Of a stretch of DNA of 64,000 bases, positions 12,851 to 22,577 are shown piece after piece. This DNA comes from an uncultured Holophagales bacterium. GTDB taxonomy: Bacteria; Acidobacteriota; Thermoanaerobaculia; Multivoradales; UBA5704. Each line of letters opens with the position of its first letter. The first letter of the stretch is position 1. Where the stretch lies: assembly GCA_963842525.1 (NCBI GenBank), contig CAWJGT010000032.1:32001-96000 (forward strand). Reading direction: 5' to 3'. The position numbers and the translations under genes are program-made. A model generated the notes under the pieces. The model was not told the DNA's origin. It searched no databases and was given only the letters and a program-made list of their open reading frames with translations.

Positions 12851-15454
12851 ATGGAGCTCTCATGGCTGCAACGCCTCGCGCTGTTTGCGAGGTACCGGTA
12901 CCGGCTGGTCTTCGCGGCCTTCGCTGTGCTCGTGGGGATCTCCCTGGTCCTTGCCTCGCGGCTCTCGTTCAACACCGACATGCTGAGCCTGCTGCCGAGC
13001 AAGGACCCGGCGGTGCGGGCCTACATCGAGGCCCTGGAGGACTTCGGCAGCAGCACCTACCTGCTGGTGGGGGTGCGCATTCCCGAGGGCCGGGTCGTCG
13101 AGCCCTACGAGACCTTCGCCGACCGGCTGGCCAAGGATCTGGCCAAGCTCCCCGAGCTGAAGGCCGTCGAGCACCGGATCGGCGACCCCGAGGAGCTGCT
13201 GACCACGTTCTTCCCCAAATCGGTACTGTTCCTGGAGGAGCCGGAGCGCCGGCAGCTTGCCGGGCGGCTGAGCGACGAGGGCATCCGCCAGCGCGTCCAT
13301 GAGCTGCGGCGCCAGCTCGGGACCCCGCAGGGTATCGCGGCCAAGGGGCTCAACAAGCTCGATCCGCTGGGTCTGTCCGAGATCTTCCTCGGCCGGGTCC
13401 AGACCTCCCGCGGCACCCTGAAGGTCGACTGGACCAGCGGCTACTACCTCTCGCGGGACCGCCGCATGCTGCTGATCCTGGCCGAGCCGATCCGGCCTCC
13501 CCAGGACATCAAGTTCGACGAGCGCCTCGCGGCGCGGGTCGACGCCACCGTCGCCGGCCTCTTGCAGGAATGGGACGAAATCGCCGGCCCGGAGCCGCCG
13601 CCGCGGCCTGAGGTCGTGGTGGGCGGCCCCTACCTCACCGCCCTGGGCGATGCCTCGCTGATCCGCAAGGACATGATCTTCAACATCGCCACCTCGGGGC
13701 TCGGGGTCTTCCTCCTCTTCTTCTTCGCCTTTCGCCGTCCGTGGGCCCTGGTCTATGCCTTCGTGCCGCTGCTCTGCGGGCTGGCCCTCACCTTCGGGTT
13801 CTCCGAGCTGGCCGTCGGCTCCCTGAGCGCGGCGACCAGCGGGGTGGCGGCGCTGCTCATCGGCATGGGGCTCGACTTCGTCATCGTCTCCTATGGCCGC
13901 TATGTCGAGGAGAGGCGGAAGGGGGCAGCGTTCGAGGAGGCCCTGATCGCCATGTCGGGCTCCTCGGGGCGTGCCGTGCTGAGCGGCGCCGTCACGACCA
14001 CGGCGACCTTCTGGGCCTTTACCTTCACCGACTTCTCCGGGCTGCGCGAGATGGGCCTGCTGACCGGGACCGGCATCCTGTTCTGCGCCCTGGCCGTGTT
14101 CCTCCTGCTGCCCGCCATGCTCGCCTGGAGCGAGGACCACCACAAGCGGCGTCAGACGGCGCCCAACCTCTACCTGCACGCCTTCGGCTCCGACCGGCTC
14201 ATCCGGCTCTGCATGCGCCACCGGCGGCCGACGATCCTTGTCGGGACGGTGATCACGCTGGTATGCCTTGCCCTGGCGATCAACATCGAGTTCGACGAGA
14301 GCATGAAGACCATGAGACCCAAGGGGAACCGCGGGATCGACGTCGCCGAGGAAGTGGGGAAGCGGTTCGGCTCGGGCTTCGATTCGATGATGCTGGTGCT
14401 GACCGGGGACACGCCGGAGGAGGCCATCGAGCTGGCCGGCCGGGCCGCCGGCGAGGCCCGGAAGCTGGTGGAGGCCGGCACCCTCTACGGCTACAGCGGG
14501 GTGACCACGCTGATCCCGCCACCCCACCAGCAGCAGGAGGTGCTGGCCTGGCTGGCCCGCGAGCGCAGCGGGGCCCTCGACCTCGACCGCATCCGCGCCA
14601 CGTTCCGGCAGGCCGTGGACAAAGAGGGGCTGCGCCAGGAGCCGTTCGAGCCGGGGCTCGACCTGCTCGCCCGGGCGATCCAGCTCTCCGGCCCCATCGG
14701 CCGCGCCGACTTTCAGGAGACCCCGCAGACCCGGCTGCTGCTCGACCGGTATCTCCGGCAGACCGACCGGGGCTGGAAGGCCGCGGTCTACCTCTACCCC
14801 CCGAACAACCTGTGGCGCCGCGAGCCGCCTCCCGACGCCGTCCGCCTGGCGCACAACCTGGGTCCGAAAGCGGCCCTCGCCGGAGTCAACGTGGTCAACC
14901 AGCGGGTCCGCCAGCAGGTGATCCGCGATGCTTGGATCGCCGGCATCCTGGGCGTCATCCTGGTGGTGATCCTCCTCTGGATCGACTTCCGGAGCCTGCG
15001 CTACGCCTTCATTGCCCTGGCGCCGCTGACCGTCGGCATGATCTGGATGGCGGGAGGCATGGTGGCGATCGATACGCCGATGAACTTCATCAACATCTTC
15101 GTGACCACCATGATCATCGGCATCGGGGTTGACTATGGGGTGCACGTCCTCCACCGCTTCCAGGAGGTACGGGACCTGCCGCGGGAGGAGCTCGACAACG
15201 GCCTTCTGGAGACCGGCAAGGCCGTGATGGCGGCCGCCCTGTCGACCATCGTCGGCTTCGGTTCGAACCTGTCGTCGCACTATCCCGGCATCGCATCGAC
15301 GAGCCGGGTCGCCATCCTCGGCACCCTCGCCACCTCCCTGGTCGCCATCACCATCGTGCCGGCCATCCTGAGCTGGCGCTGGGAGAAGCGGCGGAAGCAG
15401 GGAATCCCGGTGGCCGAGCCCCTGAAAAGGCCGGAGGCGGCTGCGGTGCCGTAG
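12851..15454 (+). CDS. MMPL/RND-superfamily lipid exporter
   Basis: Two repeats of TM + large loop + 5 TM; GMGLDFVI and GIGVDYGVH TM4 motifs. Confidence 0.9.
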   Translation: MELSWLQRLALFARYRYRLVFAAFAVLVGISLVLASRLSFNTDMLSLLPSKDPAVRAYIEALEDFGSSTYLLVGVRIPEGRVVEPYETFADRLAKDLAKLPELKAVEHRIGDPEELLTTFFPKSVLFLEEPERRQLAGRLSDEGIRQRVHELRRQLGTPQGIAAKGLNKLDPLGLSEIFLGRVQTSRGTLKVDWTSGYYLSRDRRMLLILAEPIRPPQDIKFDERLAARVDATVAGLLQEWDEIAGPEPPPRPEVVVGGPYLTALGDASLIRKDMIFNIATSGLGVFLLFFFAFRRPWALVYAFVPLLCGLALTFGFSELAVGSLSAATSGVAALLIGMGLDFVIVSYGRYVEERRKGAAFEEALIAMSGSSGRAVLSGAVTTTATFWAFTFTDFSGLREMGLLTGTGILFCALAVFLLLPAMLAWSEDHHKRRQTAPNLYLHAFGSDRLIRLCMRHRRPTILVGTVITLVCLALAINIEFDESMKTMRPKGNRGIDVAEEVGKRFGSGFDSMMLVLTGDTPEEAIELAGRAAGEARKLVEAGTLYGYSGVTTLIPPPHQQQEVLAWLARERSGALDLDRIRATFRQAVDKEGLRQEPFEPGLDLLARAIQLSGPIGRADFQETPQTRLLLDRYLRQTDRGWKAAVYLYPPNNLWRREPPPDAVRLAHNLGPKAALAGVNVVNQRVRQQVIRDAWIAGILGVILVVILLWIDFRSLRYAFIALAPLTVGMIWMAGGMVAIDTPMNFINIFVTTMIIGIGVDYGVHVLHRFQEVRDLPREELDNGLLETGKAVMAAALSTIVGFGSNLSSHYPGIASTSRVAILGTLATSLVAITIVPAILSWRWEKRRKQGIPVAEPLKRPEAAAVP

Positions 15455-15471
15455 ACTCGCGCGAAAAAGGC

Positions 15472-17004
15472 TCACTCCACCAGCACCTCGGGGACCGCGA
15501 GCTGCCGGCCTGCCGCTTTGGGATCACCCAACTCCACCAGGGCCCAGCGGGGCGGGCACCAGAAACGGACCGGGAGCACCGAGGTCCCCAGGCCGGCGGT
15601 GATGAACAGAGATGTCAGACCGCGCTGGTTCGGAGCCGGGAATTCGAAGCGTCCGAGGTCGAAATACGGTCCCAGGGCGTCGCGGGTGGTGAGGGCGCCG
15701 ACGAACGGCAGCCGGACCTGGCCGCCATGGGTGTGGCCGGCGAGGACGGTCTCCAGGCCGCGCTGCGACGCCTCCAGGACCACGCTGGGCGTGTGCGCGA
15801 GCACGACCTTCGGTGTCCCGGGCGGGACATAGGGGCTGCGCGCGAGGGCCAGCGCCAGGCGGGTGCCCCGGGCGCCTTCGCGGAAGCCTTCAGGGCGCCG
15901 GGCACCGGTCAGAGGCGCGGCGAGCAGCGTCGTGCCTCCGGCCGTCACCTTGAGGTTGCGGTAGGCCACGGTGCCGCCGCCCCAGGCCCAGAGCCCTACG
16001 GTCCCGGAGGTGACGCGGTACGGCGACCGGTCCTCGGCCCGGGCCTGCCATTCCCGGGGCTCGGGCCGATCCACCGGCCAGACGCGCGCCGCGATCCGCA
16101 CACCGTCCGGAGAAACCGCTGTCCGCACCCGCAGCCGGTACCAGCGGCCGGGCTCGGGGTCGACGCCCGTGTCCACGTCGCCGGTCAGCGTGGTGCCGTG
16201 GGCCACAAGGATGTAGCTGCCCGGGCTGCCGTGCTCGGGCCGCGCCCGGCGGAGGCGGTACATCCGGTCCTCGCCGATCATGAAACGGCTGTGGAACGCG
16301 ATCCCGGCCCCGACGTCCTCGTTCGCGATCCAGGCGTCGCAGACCACCTCGTAGCCGCTCCAGGCGAGAGGGCCTCCGGTGTCCGACAGCCCGGCCGGCT
16401 CCGGGTCGTAGTGACTGTAGAAGTTCCGGAAGGGCTCTCCCCATTGCGCGCCATAGGTCCAGGCTCCGCTGGCGCGCACCGACCGGAAGGGTGACGGCCA
16501 GCGCCGCGTCAGGCGGTCGAAGCCCACCTGCTGATTGAGCCCGAGGAGCAAAAGGCCGCCCCCCGGCCCGATCCGCCTTCCTTCGTTCGACAGCCACTCG
16601 ACGCCGGCCCGGTCGAGTGCGGCGACCACCGCGCCCTGGTGCTCGCTGTGCCCCTGGACAGCGACCACCGGCGCGACCCGCCGAAGGGCGGCGAGGAATG
16701 CCGCGGTGGCCGCGATGTGCCGGGCCATGGGCTCCTCCTCCGGCACGTCCCGGATCAGGTCGCCGCTGATCAGGACCATGTCCGGCCGGACACGGGCGAT
16801 CTCGGCGAGCAGCTTGTGGAGCTGCGGCCGATCCTCCGAGATGTGGAGGTCGCTCAGCAGGGCCGCGCGCAGCGGCGGCGCCGGGAGGTCGATGCGGACA
16901 GAGTCCTGGAGGAGGAGCACCCGGGGCTCCAGCCAGAAGGCATCGGCCAGTCCCAGAGCGGCGAGCAGCAGGGCGGCAAGGAGGCCGGCGCGGCGGCGGG
17001 TCAC
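15472..17004 (-). CDS. Metallophosphoesterase (YkuE-like) with a large inserted beta-rich domain
   Basis: SDLH, GDL, GHSE (variant of GNHE), LAH and GHTHGGQ motifs; N-terminal anchor followed by WLEP; GTG start overlaps the rhomboid stop. Confidence 0.82.
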   Translation of the reverse strand: MTRRRAGLLAALLLAALGLADAFWLEPRVLLLQDSVRIDLPAPPLRAALLSDLHISEDRPQLHKLLAEIARVRPDMVLISGDLIRDVPEEEPMARHIAATAAFLAALRRVAPVVAVQGHSEHQGAVVAALDRAGVEWLSNEGRRIGPGGGLLLLGLNQQVGFDRLTRRWPSPFRSVRASGAWTYGAQWGEPFRNFYSHYDPEPAGLSDTGGPLAWSGYEVVCDAWIANEDVGAGIAFHSRFMIGEDRMYRLRRARPEHGSPGSYILVAHGTTLTGDVDTGVDPEPGRWYRLRVRTAVSPDGVRIAARVWPVDRPEPREWQARAEDRSPYRVTSGTVGLWAWGGGTVAYRNLKVTAGGTTLLAAPLTGARRPEGFREGARGTRLALALARSPYVPPGTPKVVLAHTPSVVLEASQRGLETVLAGHTHGGQVRLPFVGALTTRDALGPYFDLGRFEFPAPNQRGLTSLFITAGLGTSVLPVRFWCPPRWALVELGDPKAAGRQLAVPEVLVE

Positions 17005-17711
17005 CAGGACAGTCCCCGGGCCTCCGGGCCTTTCCGTTGGCGGAATCCGCCCAACAGCAGCAGGAGGATCGGGCCGGCGACGAAGCCGCCGATGTGCGCG
17101 AACCAGGCCACCCCGCCCGCGGCGGCCGGATCTGCTACCTGGAGCGACGAGACCCCCGAGAAGAGCTGGATCAGGAACCAGATCGGGAGGTAGACGATGG
17201 CCGGGACCTCGATGAAACGGATGAAGATGAAGAACCAGAACACGGTGACGATACGCGCCATCGGATGCAGGAAGAGATAGGCGCCGAGCACTCCGGAGAT
17301 GGCGCCGCTGGCGCCGATGGCCGGGACGGCCGACAGCGGATTGAAGAAGGCATGGGCGAAGGTCGCGGCGTAGCCGGAGAGCAGGTAGAAGATCAGATAC
17401 CGCACGTGGCCGAGCCGGTCCTCGATGTTGTCGCCGAAGATCCAGAGGAAGAGCATGTTGCCGAGGAAATGCCCCCAGCCGCCGTGGAGGAACATGGAGA
17501 GCAGCCCGCTCTGCAGGCCCCAGGCGACCTCCGAGGGGTAGATGACGCGGTCCTCGAAAATCCGCGCGGGGATGAAGGCCGACTGGAGGAGGCCCTCGAG
17601 CCGTTCCCCCAGCCACAGCTCGTAGAAGAAGAAGAGTGCGTTGACGGCGATCAGCAGGATGTTCACGACCGGCCGGGTCCGGCTCGGGTTGAGGTCGCGG
17701 ATCGGTAACAT
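17001..17711 (-). CDS. Rhomboid-family intramembrane serine protease
   Basis: SMFLHGGWGHFLGNMLFLWIFGDNIED, GASGA (catalytic Ser), AHIGGF (catalytic His). Confidence 0.95.
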   Translation of the reverse strand: MLPIRDLNPSRTRPVVNILLIAVNALFFFYELWLGERLEGLLQSAFIPARIFEDRVIYPSEVAWGLQSGLLSMFLHGGWGHFLGNMLFLWIFGDNIEDRLGHVRYLIFYLLSGYAATFAHAFFNPLSAVPAIGASGAISGVLGAYLFLHPMARIVTVFWFFIFIRFIEVPAIVYLPIWFLIQLFSGVSSLQVADPAAAGGVAWFAHIGGFVAGPILLLLLGGFRQRKGPEARGLSW

Positions 17712-17725
17712 GAGGCCCCTCCGGG

Positions 17726-19213
17726 CTACCGGGAGCGGATCCGGTGCACCCGCATCAGGTTCGTCAACGGCCGGTCCCGGATGGGGTGGCCCATCAGGAC
17801 GATGATCCTCTCCTCGGGGACCACCAGGTGGGCCTCCAGCAAGTGCCGTTCCACCGCCTGGACCACCTCGTCGAGGGTGCCGACCTCGGTGCCGGTCACC
17901 AGCGGCCGGACCCCCCAGACGAGCTGGATCTGGCGCGCCACCCGCTCCTCGGGGGTGAAGGCGACGATCGGCGCCCGCGGCCGGTAGCGGGCGACCAGGC
18001 GGGCGGTGAAACCGCTCTGGCTGAACGCCACGATGCGGCTGACCCCGAGCTGGTCGGCGGCATAGACGGCCGCGGCGGAGACCACGTCGGGCACGTCGAG
18101 CGGCATCTCGGTTTCCGCAGGATGGGCAGGATGGGTCGAGGGGTCGAGCTCGAAGCTGCGCCGCGCATGGACATGGCCGAGCGGCTGCAGGCCCGGGCCG
18201 GCTTCGTCGAGGCCGCGCGCATAGTCCTCGGCCTCCTTGATGATCCGGCCCATGGTGCGGACCACCTCGACCGGGTACTTCCCGATGGCGGTTTCGCCCG
18301 AGAGCATCAGGGCGTCCGCTCCGTCGAGGACGGCGTTGGCGACGTCGGTCGCCTCGGCGCGGGTCGGGCGCGGCTGCTCGATCATCGACTCCAGCATCTG
18401 GGTCGCGACGATGACCGGCTTGCCGGCCAGGCGCCCCGCGGCGACGATCTTCTTCTGGAGCACTGGGACCGTGTGGAGCGGCACCTCGACCCCGAGATCG
18501 CCGCGGGCAACCATCAGGGCGTCCGCCGCCTCGGTGATCTCGTCGAGGTGCTCCAGGGCGGTGGCGCGCTCGAGCTTGGCCACCACGGGAATGCGTCCGC
18601 CGTTCTGCTCCATGACCTCCCGGATCGCTTCGATGTGGCGTGCCTCGCCGACGTAGCTCGCGGCGACGTAGTCGGCCCCTTCGGCGCACGCGAAGGCAAT
18701 GTCGGAGCGGTCCTTTTCAGAGATCTCGAACGGCAGCGACGTGTCCGGCAGGTTGATCCCCTTGCGGGTGCGTACCGGCCCGCCGTTGACGACGCGCGCC
18801 CGCACCCGCTCCCCCTCCTTGGACTCGACGCGCAGCTCCACGAGACCGCCGTCGATGAGCACCCGTTCTCCGGGCTCCAGGTGCTCGATGAACCCCTCGT
18901 CCACCGGGAGGTCCACACCTTCGGACGCCTCGCCCAGCACCAACTCCTCGCCGGGCGTGAGCGTGCGGCCCTCTCCGGGCAGCCGGCCGAGGCGGTAGCG
19001 CGGGCCCATCAGGTCCATCACCACCGGCAGATGGCATTTCTCCTCCGCGGCGATGCGGCGGACGAGCTGGAGGTTCTTGCGGTGCTCCTCCTGCGAGCCG
19101 TGGGAGAGGTTGAGACGGAACAGGTCGACGCCGGATTGGATGAGCCCCCGCAGGACCTCCTCGCGCGTGCTCGCCGGCCCCAGGGTGGCCATGATCTTCG
19201 CTCGCCGTTCCAT
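17726..19213 (-). CDS. pyk: Pyruvate kinase
   Basis: AKIMATLGPAS, RLNLSHG, MVARGDLGVE, ATQMLESM, PTRAE, MLSGETA. Confidence 0.97.
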   Translation of the reverse strand: MERRAKIMATLGPASTREEVLRGLIQSGVDLFRLNLSHGSQEEHRKNLQLVRRIAAEEKCHLPVVMDLMGPRYRLGRLPGEGRTLTPGEELVLGEASEGVDLPVDEGFIEHLEPGERVLIDGGLVELRVESKEGERVRARVVNGGPVRTRKGINLPDTSLPFEISEKDRSDIAFACAEGADYVAASYVGEARHIEAIREVMEQNGGRIPVVAKLERATALEHLDEITEAADALMVARGDLGVEVPLHTVPVLQKKIVAAGRLAGKPVIVATQMLESMIEQPRPTRAEATDVANAVLDGADALMLSGETAIGKYPVEVVRTMGRIIKEAEDYARGLDEAGPGLQPLGHVHARRSFELDPSTHPAHPAETEMPLDVPDVVSAAAVYAADQLGVSRIVAFSQSGFTARLVARYRPRAPIVAFTPEERVARQIQLVWGVRPLVTGTEVGTLDEVVQAVERHLLEAHLVVPEERIIVLMGHPIRDRPLTNLMRVHRIRSR

Positions 19214-19278
19214 GGCCGACAGTATAGCGGCCCCGTGCTACCATCTCCGTCCCCACAAAACGGGGTGCGAGGTAACAC

Positions 19279-20595
19279 ATGTTCGACGGTCTCCAGAGCA
19301 GGCTCCAGGACGTTTTCAGCGCCCTCAAGGGAGAGGGCAGGGTCACTCCCGAGAAGCTCGATGCGGCGCTGCGCCAGATCCGCATGGCGCTGCTCGAAGC
19401 CGACGTCCATTACCGGGTGGTCAAGCCCTTCGTCGAGCGGGTGCGCGAGCGGGCCATGGGCTCCGAGGTGCTCGAGAGCCTCACCCCGGCCCAGCAGGTG
19501 GTCAAGATCGTGCGCGACGAGCTGGCGTCCCTGCTCGGCGAGGAGGGGAGCGAGCTGCGCCTCGACGGCCGGCCCGCCGTCATCCTGCTCTGCGGCCTCC
19601 AGGGCTCGGGCAAGACGACCACCGCCGGCAAGCTCGCCAAGCGGCTCAAGAAACGCGGCAAGCATCCGATCCTCGTGGCGGGCGACCTCCAGCGCGCCGC
19701 CGCGGTCGAGCAGCTCAAGCAGGTCGGCAAGGGGGTCGAGGTCCCGGTCATCGAGCCCGAGGGGAGCGAGACCGTCATCGCCCTCGGCGAGCGCGCCTTG
19801 AACGTGGCCCGGCAGCGCGGGCACGACGTGGTGATCATGGACACCGCCGGCCGCCTGCACGTCGACGAGGCGCTGATGGACGAGATCCGCCGCCTCGCCG
19901 ACCGCATCCAGCCGCACGAGACGCTGTTCGTCGCCGATTCCATGACCGGCCAGGACGCGGTCAAGAGCGCCGAGCAGTTCGCCGCGGCCCTGCCGCTGAC
20001 CGGCGCCATCCTCACCAAGCTGGACGGCGACTCCCGGGGCGGCGCCGCGCTGTCGATCCGCACCGTGGCCCGGGTGCCGATCCGCTTCGTGGGCGTCGGC
20101 GAGAAGGCAGACGACCTCGAGCTCTTCCATCCCGAGCGCATGGCCTCGCGGATGATCGGCATGGGCGACATCCTGTCGCTGATCGAAAAGGCCGAAAAGG
20201 GGCTCGACGCGGAGGAGACCGAGCGCCTCGCCAAGCGCATGATCCGCCAGGAGTTCACCCTGGAGGACCTGCGCGACCAGCTCCGCCAGATCCGCCGCCT
20301 GGGACCGCTCGCCTCGGTGCTCGAAATGCTTCCCAAGGTCGGGCCGCTCAAGGGCCTCGACGCCGCTCAGGTCGACGAAGGCGGGTTGAAGCGCGTCGAG
20401 GCCATCATCAACTCGATGACGCCGCTCGAACGGCGGCGGCCCGACGTGCTGAACGGCAGCCGCAAGAAGCGGATCGCCATCGGTGCGGGCACCTCGGTGC
20501 AGGAGATCAACAAGCTGGTCAAGCAGTACCGCACCATGCAGAAGATGATGAAGGGCGTCCAGGGGAAGTGGCTGCGCAAGGCTTTAGGGGGGTAG
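19279..20595 (+). CDS. ffh: Signal recognition particle protein Ffh
   Basis: GLQGSGKTT, DTAGR, TKLDGDSRGGAALS, GMGD, M-domain IINSMT. Confidence 0.98.
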   Translation: MFDGLQSRLQDVFSALKGEGRVTPEKLDAALRQIRMALLEADVHYRVVKPFVERVRERAMGSEVLESLTPAQQVVKIVRDELASLLGEEGSELRLDGRPAVILLCGLQGSGKTTTAGKLAKRLKKRGKHPILVAGDLQRAAAVEQLKQVGKGVEVPVIEPEGSETVIALGERALNVARQRGHDVVIMDTAGRLHVDEALMDEIRRLADRIQPHETLFVADSMTGQDAVKSAEQFAAALPLTGAILTKLDGDSRGGAALSIRTVARVPIRFVGVGEKADDLELFHPERMASRMIGMGDILSLIEKAEKGLDAEETERLAKRMIRQEFTLEDLRDQLRQIRRLGPLASVLEMLPKVGPLKGLDAAQVDEGGLKRVEAIINSMTPLERRRPDVLNGSRKKRIAIGAGTSVQEINKLVKQYRTMQKMMKGVQGKWLRKALGG

Positions 20596-20606
20596 GATCC
20601 CCAGCC

Positions 20607-21113
20607 ATGAAACCAATCGTCGCGCTTGCAGCGTTGCTCTCGATCGCCCTGCCGGAGGTGCGGGTCGAGATCCCGCTCCTGGGCAGCCCGGCAGAGACGG
20701 TCGAGATCCCACGCGCCCCCTGGCACATCTACAACTTCGACCTGGCGAGTCTCAACTTCGCCTTCCGCCATCTGGTCGACCCGAAAGGCCGCTTCACCGT
20801 AGGGATCGCCGACCCGACCTTCCGCCAGGAGGGACCTGCCTTCGTCTACAAGGGAGAGGTCGAGGTCGTATACGCCGGCGAGGAGACCCGCGGCGGCGTC
20901 CCAAGCCGGAAATACCTGATCGACGGCAAGGGGCTGGAGAACCGGGGGGGCTTCCTCTGGGTCGATGCCGCCGAGGGGCACTTCGTCGATGCCGAGATCG
21001 ACCTGCCGGACAACCCGGACTGGAAGACCTTCAAGTTCCAGCTTCAGAAAGTGGAGGAGATGGACGCCCCCGCCTGGGAGCGCTTCATGAAGGATCAAAT
21101 GGCGGTTCGATGA
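20607..21113 (+). CDS. Hypothetical protein with a hydrophobic N-terminus, possibly an internally deleted version of a longer protein
   Basis: ATG 11 nt after ffh; GC3-rich codon usage; its 3' ~210 bp are duplicated at 27194-27403. Confidence 0.55.
   Translation: MKPIVALAALLSIALPEVRVEIPLLGSPAETVEIPRAPWHIYNFDLASLNFAFRHLVDPKGRFTVGIADPTFRQEGPAFVYKGEVEVVYAGEETRGGVPSRKYLIDGKGLENRGGFLWVDAAEGHFVDAEIDLPDNPDWKTFKFQLQKVEEMDAPAWERFMKDQMAVR
20905..21113 (+). repeat. Diverged direct repeat, copy 1 (pairs with 27194-27403)
   Basis: Both copies encode ..GKGL(E/D)NRGGF.WV.AAEGHFVD.EIDLPD..DWKTFKFQL.KVEEMD.PAWERFMKDQ. Confidence 0.92.
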
Positions 21114-21745
21114 GCGGGCGCGGGCTCCTCCTTCTCCTGGCGGCTACCGCGGTGGCCCTGGTGATCTCCGGGATGCATCCCTACGACCGGACGACGTGGG
21201 TGCTCGAGGTCCTGCCGGTCCTCGTGGGCGTGCCGCTCCTGATCGCGACCTGGCGCCGGTTCCCGTTGACGCCGCTGGTCTACTGGCTCCTGTTCGTCCA
21301 TGCCCTGATCCTGATGCTCGGCGGGCACTACACCTACGCGCGGGGGCCGCTGGGCTTCTGGGTCCAGGACCTCCTGGACCTGGGCCGCAACCACTACGAC
21401 CGGCTGGGCCATTTCGCCCAGGGGTTCGTCCCTGCCATGCTGGCCCGGGAGATCCTGCTCCGGAAGACGCCTCTGCGGCGAGGCGGCTGGCTCTTCTTCC
21501 TGGCGACCTCGGTCTGCCTCGCCTTCAGCGCCTTCTACGAATTCACCGAATGGTGGGCCGCCGTGATCGGCGGCTCGGCTGCCGATGCCTTCCTCGGCAC
21601 CCAGGGCGACGTCTGGGACACCCAGTGGGACATGTTCCTGGCCCTCGTCGGCGCCGTCACCGCCCAGCTTCTCCTCTCCCGCTGGCACGACCGGCAATTA
21701 GAGAGGATGGGGAGCCCCGAAGACCGCTCGACGAAGACACGATGA
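21110..21745 (+). CDS. DUF2238 / YjdF-like inner membrane protein
   Basis: PYDRTTWVLE, GGHYTYA, RNHYDRLGHFAQG, YEFTEW, FLGTQGDVWDTQWDM. Confidence 0.9.
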   Translation: MSGRGLLLLLAATAVALVISGMHPYDRTTWVLEVLPVLVGVPLLIATWRRFPLTPLVYWLLFVHALILMLGGHYTYARGPLGFWVQDLLDLGRNHYDRLGHFAQGFVPAMLAREILLRKTPLRRGGWLFFLATSVCLAFSAFYEFTEWWAAVIGGSAADAFLGTQGDVWDTQWDMFLALVGAVTAQLLLSRWHDRQLERMGSPEDRSTKTR

Positions 21746-21867
21746 CGGGGCCGGTGGGATAGGGCTCCGTCAAAGATCTGTGGTCGAAGTGGCTTGGCGT
21801 TGCGTTCGTGGCCGACGCCCCACAGGCCGGGCGGTTGCAGGTATGATTGGAGCGTGAGGTTCAGCCC

Positions 21868-22173
21868 GTGCCCGTCGTCAGCTCCATCCCGGACCCCCTC
21901 CTTCAAGTGAAACGCGAGGAGATCCTCGCTCTGGCAGCCCGCCACGGGGCGAGCAGCCTGCGGATCTTCGGCTCCTTCGCACGCGGCGAGGCCCACACCG
22001 CCAGCGACGTCGATTTCCTCGTGGAGCTCGGCCCCGGGGCCACGTTGATCGACCTCGGCGCCCTCCAGATGGACCTCCAGGATCTCCTCGACCGGAAAGT
22101 CGACGTTGTCGAGCCGGACGCCCTGCACTGGTCCATCCGGGAGCGCGTTCTCCGGGAGGCGGTCCCGCTGTGA
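21868..22173 (+). CDS. Minimal nucleotidyltransferase (MNT) antitoxin
   Basis: FGSFARGE...SDVDFLV and LLDRKVDVV; GTGA overlap with the HEPN gene. Confidence 0.9.
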   Translation: MPVVSSIPDPLLQVKREEILALAARHGASSLRIFGSFARGEAHTASDVDFLVELGPGATLIDLGALQMDLQDLLDRKVDVVEPDALHWSIRERVLREAVPL

Positions 22174-22517
22174 AGGACGACCGGCTCTACCTGCTCCACA
22201 TCAGCGAAAGTGTGGAGCGGATCGAGGAGTACGTTGCCGAAGGGCGCGAGGCATTCTTTGCGGATCGCAAGACCCAGGACGCTGTCTTGCGCAACCTCCA
22301 GACGTTGGCCGAGTCAAGCCAGCGGCTCTCCGAGCCGCTGAAGGCGTCCCGGCCTGAGATCGACTGGCGGGGAATCGCCGGCCTCCGTAACATCTTGGTC
22401 CACGACTACCTCGGGGTCAGCCTGCCGCGAGTTTGGGAAATCGTAGAGGTGTTTCTCCCCCAACTGAAAGCGGCTGTCCGCCATTGGCTGGAGACTTGGC
22501 CCTCTCCGAGCTCCTGA
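22170..22517 (+). CDS. HEPN/DUF86 (HepT-like) ribonuclease toxin
   Basis: YLLHISES, TQDAVLRNL, WRGIAGLRNILVHDY (RX4H). Confidence 0.92.
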   Translation: MKDDRLYLLHISESVERIEEYVAEGREAFFADRKTQDAVLRNLQTLAESSQRLSEPLKASRPEIDWRGIAGLRNILVHDYLGVSLPRVWEIVEVFLPQLKAAVRHWLETWPSPSS

Positions 22518-22577
22518 GTGTGTGTAGAGCGGCAGCGGTGCACCGCCGCTGGTATCCTAGGAGTCGGAGCACCGACA

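Noticed and set aside
12860-15475. 871-aa minus-strand ORF (also 9275-11401 and 39519-42347)
   Set aside because: Antisense shadows of MMPL, alaS and cphA.
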